Shown one piece after another: positions 62,660 through 64,000 of a DNA stretch of 64,000 nucleotides. The notes under the pieces are model-generated. The model was not told the origin of the DNA. It searched no databases and was given only the letters and a program-made list of their open reading frames with translations. The DNA is from the human T2T-CHM13v2.0 reference genome, Homo sapiens. The stretch's first letter is position 1, and every line of letters begins with the position of its first letter. The stretch is from the NCBI RefSeq assembly GCF_009914755.1, contig NC_060927.1, one strand, 5' to 3'. Both the position numbers and the translations under genes were made by a program.

Positions 62660-63580
62660 ATTTGTTTAGCCAAGAAAATGTGTACTGACTGTCTATTCTC
62701 TTACACATTAAGCTCTGTGCTAAAAACTACAAATTATAGGCACTGACCTTGCCCAGATGGTACTCAGAGTTTTGTGGAAGAGATAGACAATTAAAATCGT
62801 AATTCAGTGTGATAAGTTTAGTGGTAAACATTTTCAAGTAACAGAAGAGATGATTAACTCAGTCTAAGGCGATCAGCAAAGCTTCCAAAAGGAGTTGATA
62901 CCTAAGACGTATTTTAAAGGATGAACAGGGGATTGTCCTATGGAGAAGGGAAGGAAGAGCATTCTAAGGGCCACATAATTTACAAAGGCACACAAGTAGG
63001 CAGCTCCATGCTATATTTGAGAGAAATTAACATAGTTTTAAATAAATAGATAATAAACATAATGGGAGGAAAGTGTGAAATGAATTTGGATAGGTAGATG
63101 AACACTAGATGATAAAGTCTGGAGTCATGCTAAGCACCTCAGACATCTCCTGTTGATGTTGAGGGCCAGAGAAAGATTTGAAACAGCAAAATAACACGGT
63201 AAATTTTCTGTCACTCTGGTTACCATGTGGAGGACCACAGATCAGTCATAATGGAAGCAGGAAGACCCATTAGACCAGTAGCCCAGGTAAATAACTATTA
63301 CACCACAAACCCTGACGGTGACATTGAAGATGGGTATTTAAAAGAAAAAAAACAGGCTTTAGAACTAGTTAGAAAATGAAATTGACTGTATTTGGAGATT
63401 TGTGGGATGTAGAGAGTAAGGAAGATGTTAAAGTCAAGAATGATATCCTAATGTCTGGCTGAGTGATGAGTGGTGACTCCATCAACCATTAAAAGAAATA
63501 CAGGACAAAGGAACAGGTTTATGGTGGGTGGTAGAAAGGGAGTTTAATTTCAGGCAAGTTAAGTTTTAGATGCTGTAAAA
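62660..63580 (-). mobile_element. L2 LINE 3' fragment (further L2 relics at ~55270-55500, ~56180-56590, ~60660-61150)
   Basis: Purine-rich L2-type motifs AGAAGGGAAGGAAGAGCATTCTAAGG, GTCAAGAATGATATCCTAATGTCTGGCTGAG and GAGTTTAATTTCAGGCAAGTTAAGTTT. Confidence 0.65.
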
Positions 63581-63584
63581 CATT

Positions 63585-64000
63585 ATATTGGCTAGCTATT
63601 GATGCAAAATAAACAATGCTAAAACTCCGTAGTTAAAAAAAGATTACTTATCGTCATTCACATACCTGTGGACTGACTGGAGTTTGGCTGATCCAGGCTG
63701 GGTTGAGATGGGCAACTCTGATTTAGAATTAATGAGTGGGTCTGCTTCTCACCACAAGTCTTGGGTTGGATGGTTGGATGGGAAGGTTCTGTTCTATGTT
63801 TTATTCATTTTCCTTGAACCAATGAGCTATTCAAGACATGTTTGGGTTTTTTTTTCCATAAATATAGCAGACGTGGGAGAGAGCAGGCAGAAACACACAA
63901 AGCCTCTTAAGGCCTAGGCTCAAAACTGGTATACTATCACTTCCCTCCATATTCCAATAGCCAAAGCAAGGCACATGGCCAAATTCAAAGTCAAAATACC
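63585..64000 (-). mobile_element. Old MLT1-family LTR, runs off the window end
   Basis: CCTCTTAAGGCCTAGGCTCAAAACTGG..ACTATCACTTCC and GCCAAAGCAAGGCACATGGCCAA are MLT1 motifs. Confidence 0.7.

Overview
Primate (ape/human-like) non-coding genomic DNA made mostly of transposable elements. It contains nested LINE-1 copies: a TSD-flanked full-length L1PA6/7-like copy on the minus strand, and a full-length L1PB-like copy nested inside an older L1MA/MB copy. It also has a complete THE1/MST MaLR provirus, many solo MaLR/ERV LTRs including a CpG-rich LTR12, eight Alu-family copies, and MIR/L2/MER5 relics and microsatellites. No intact host protein-coding gene, structural RNA gene or CRISPR array is supported. 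The recognisable ORFs in the track are broken L1 ORF1/ORF2 or Alu/LTR frames, and the rest look like chance ORFs. I found no evidence of a new biological system. The most interesting signals are rearrangement scars (two L1 5' inversions, a complex local inverted duplication at 9.2-9.9 kb, templated insertions, fold-back palindromes), an unexplained ~215 bp insert inside an L1 5'UTR, an L1 ORF0 homologue and a likely regulatory LTR12. Repeat subfamily names come from recalled consensus sequences read by eye and need RepeatMasker/Dfam confirmation. Boundaries of old elements are approximate.
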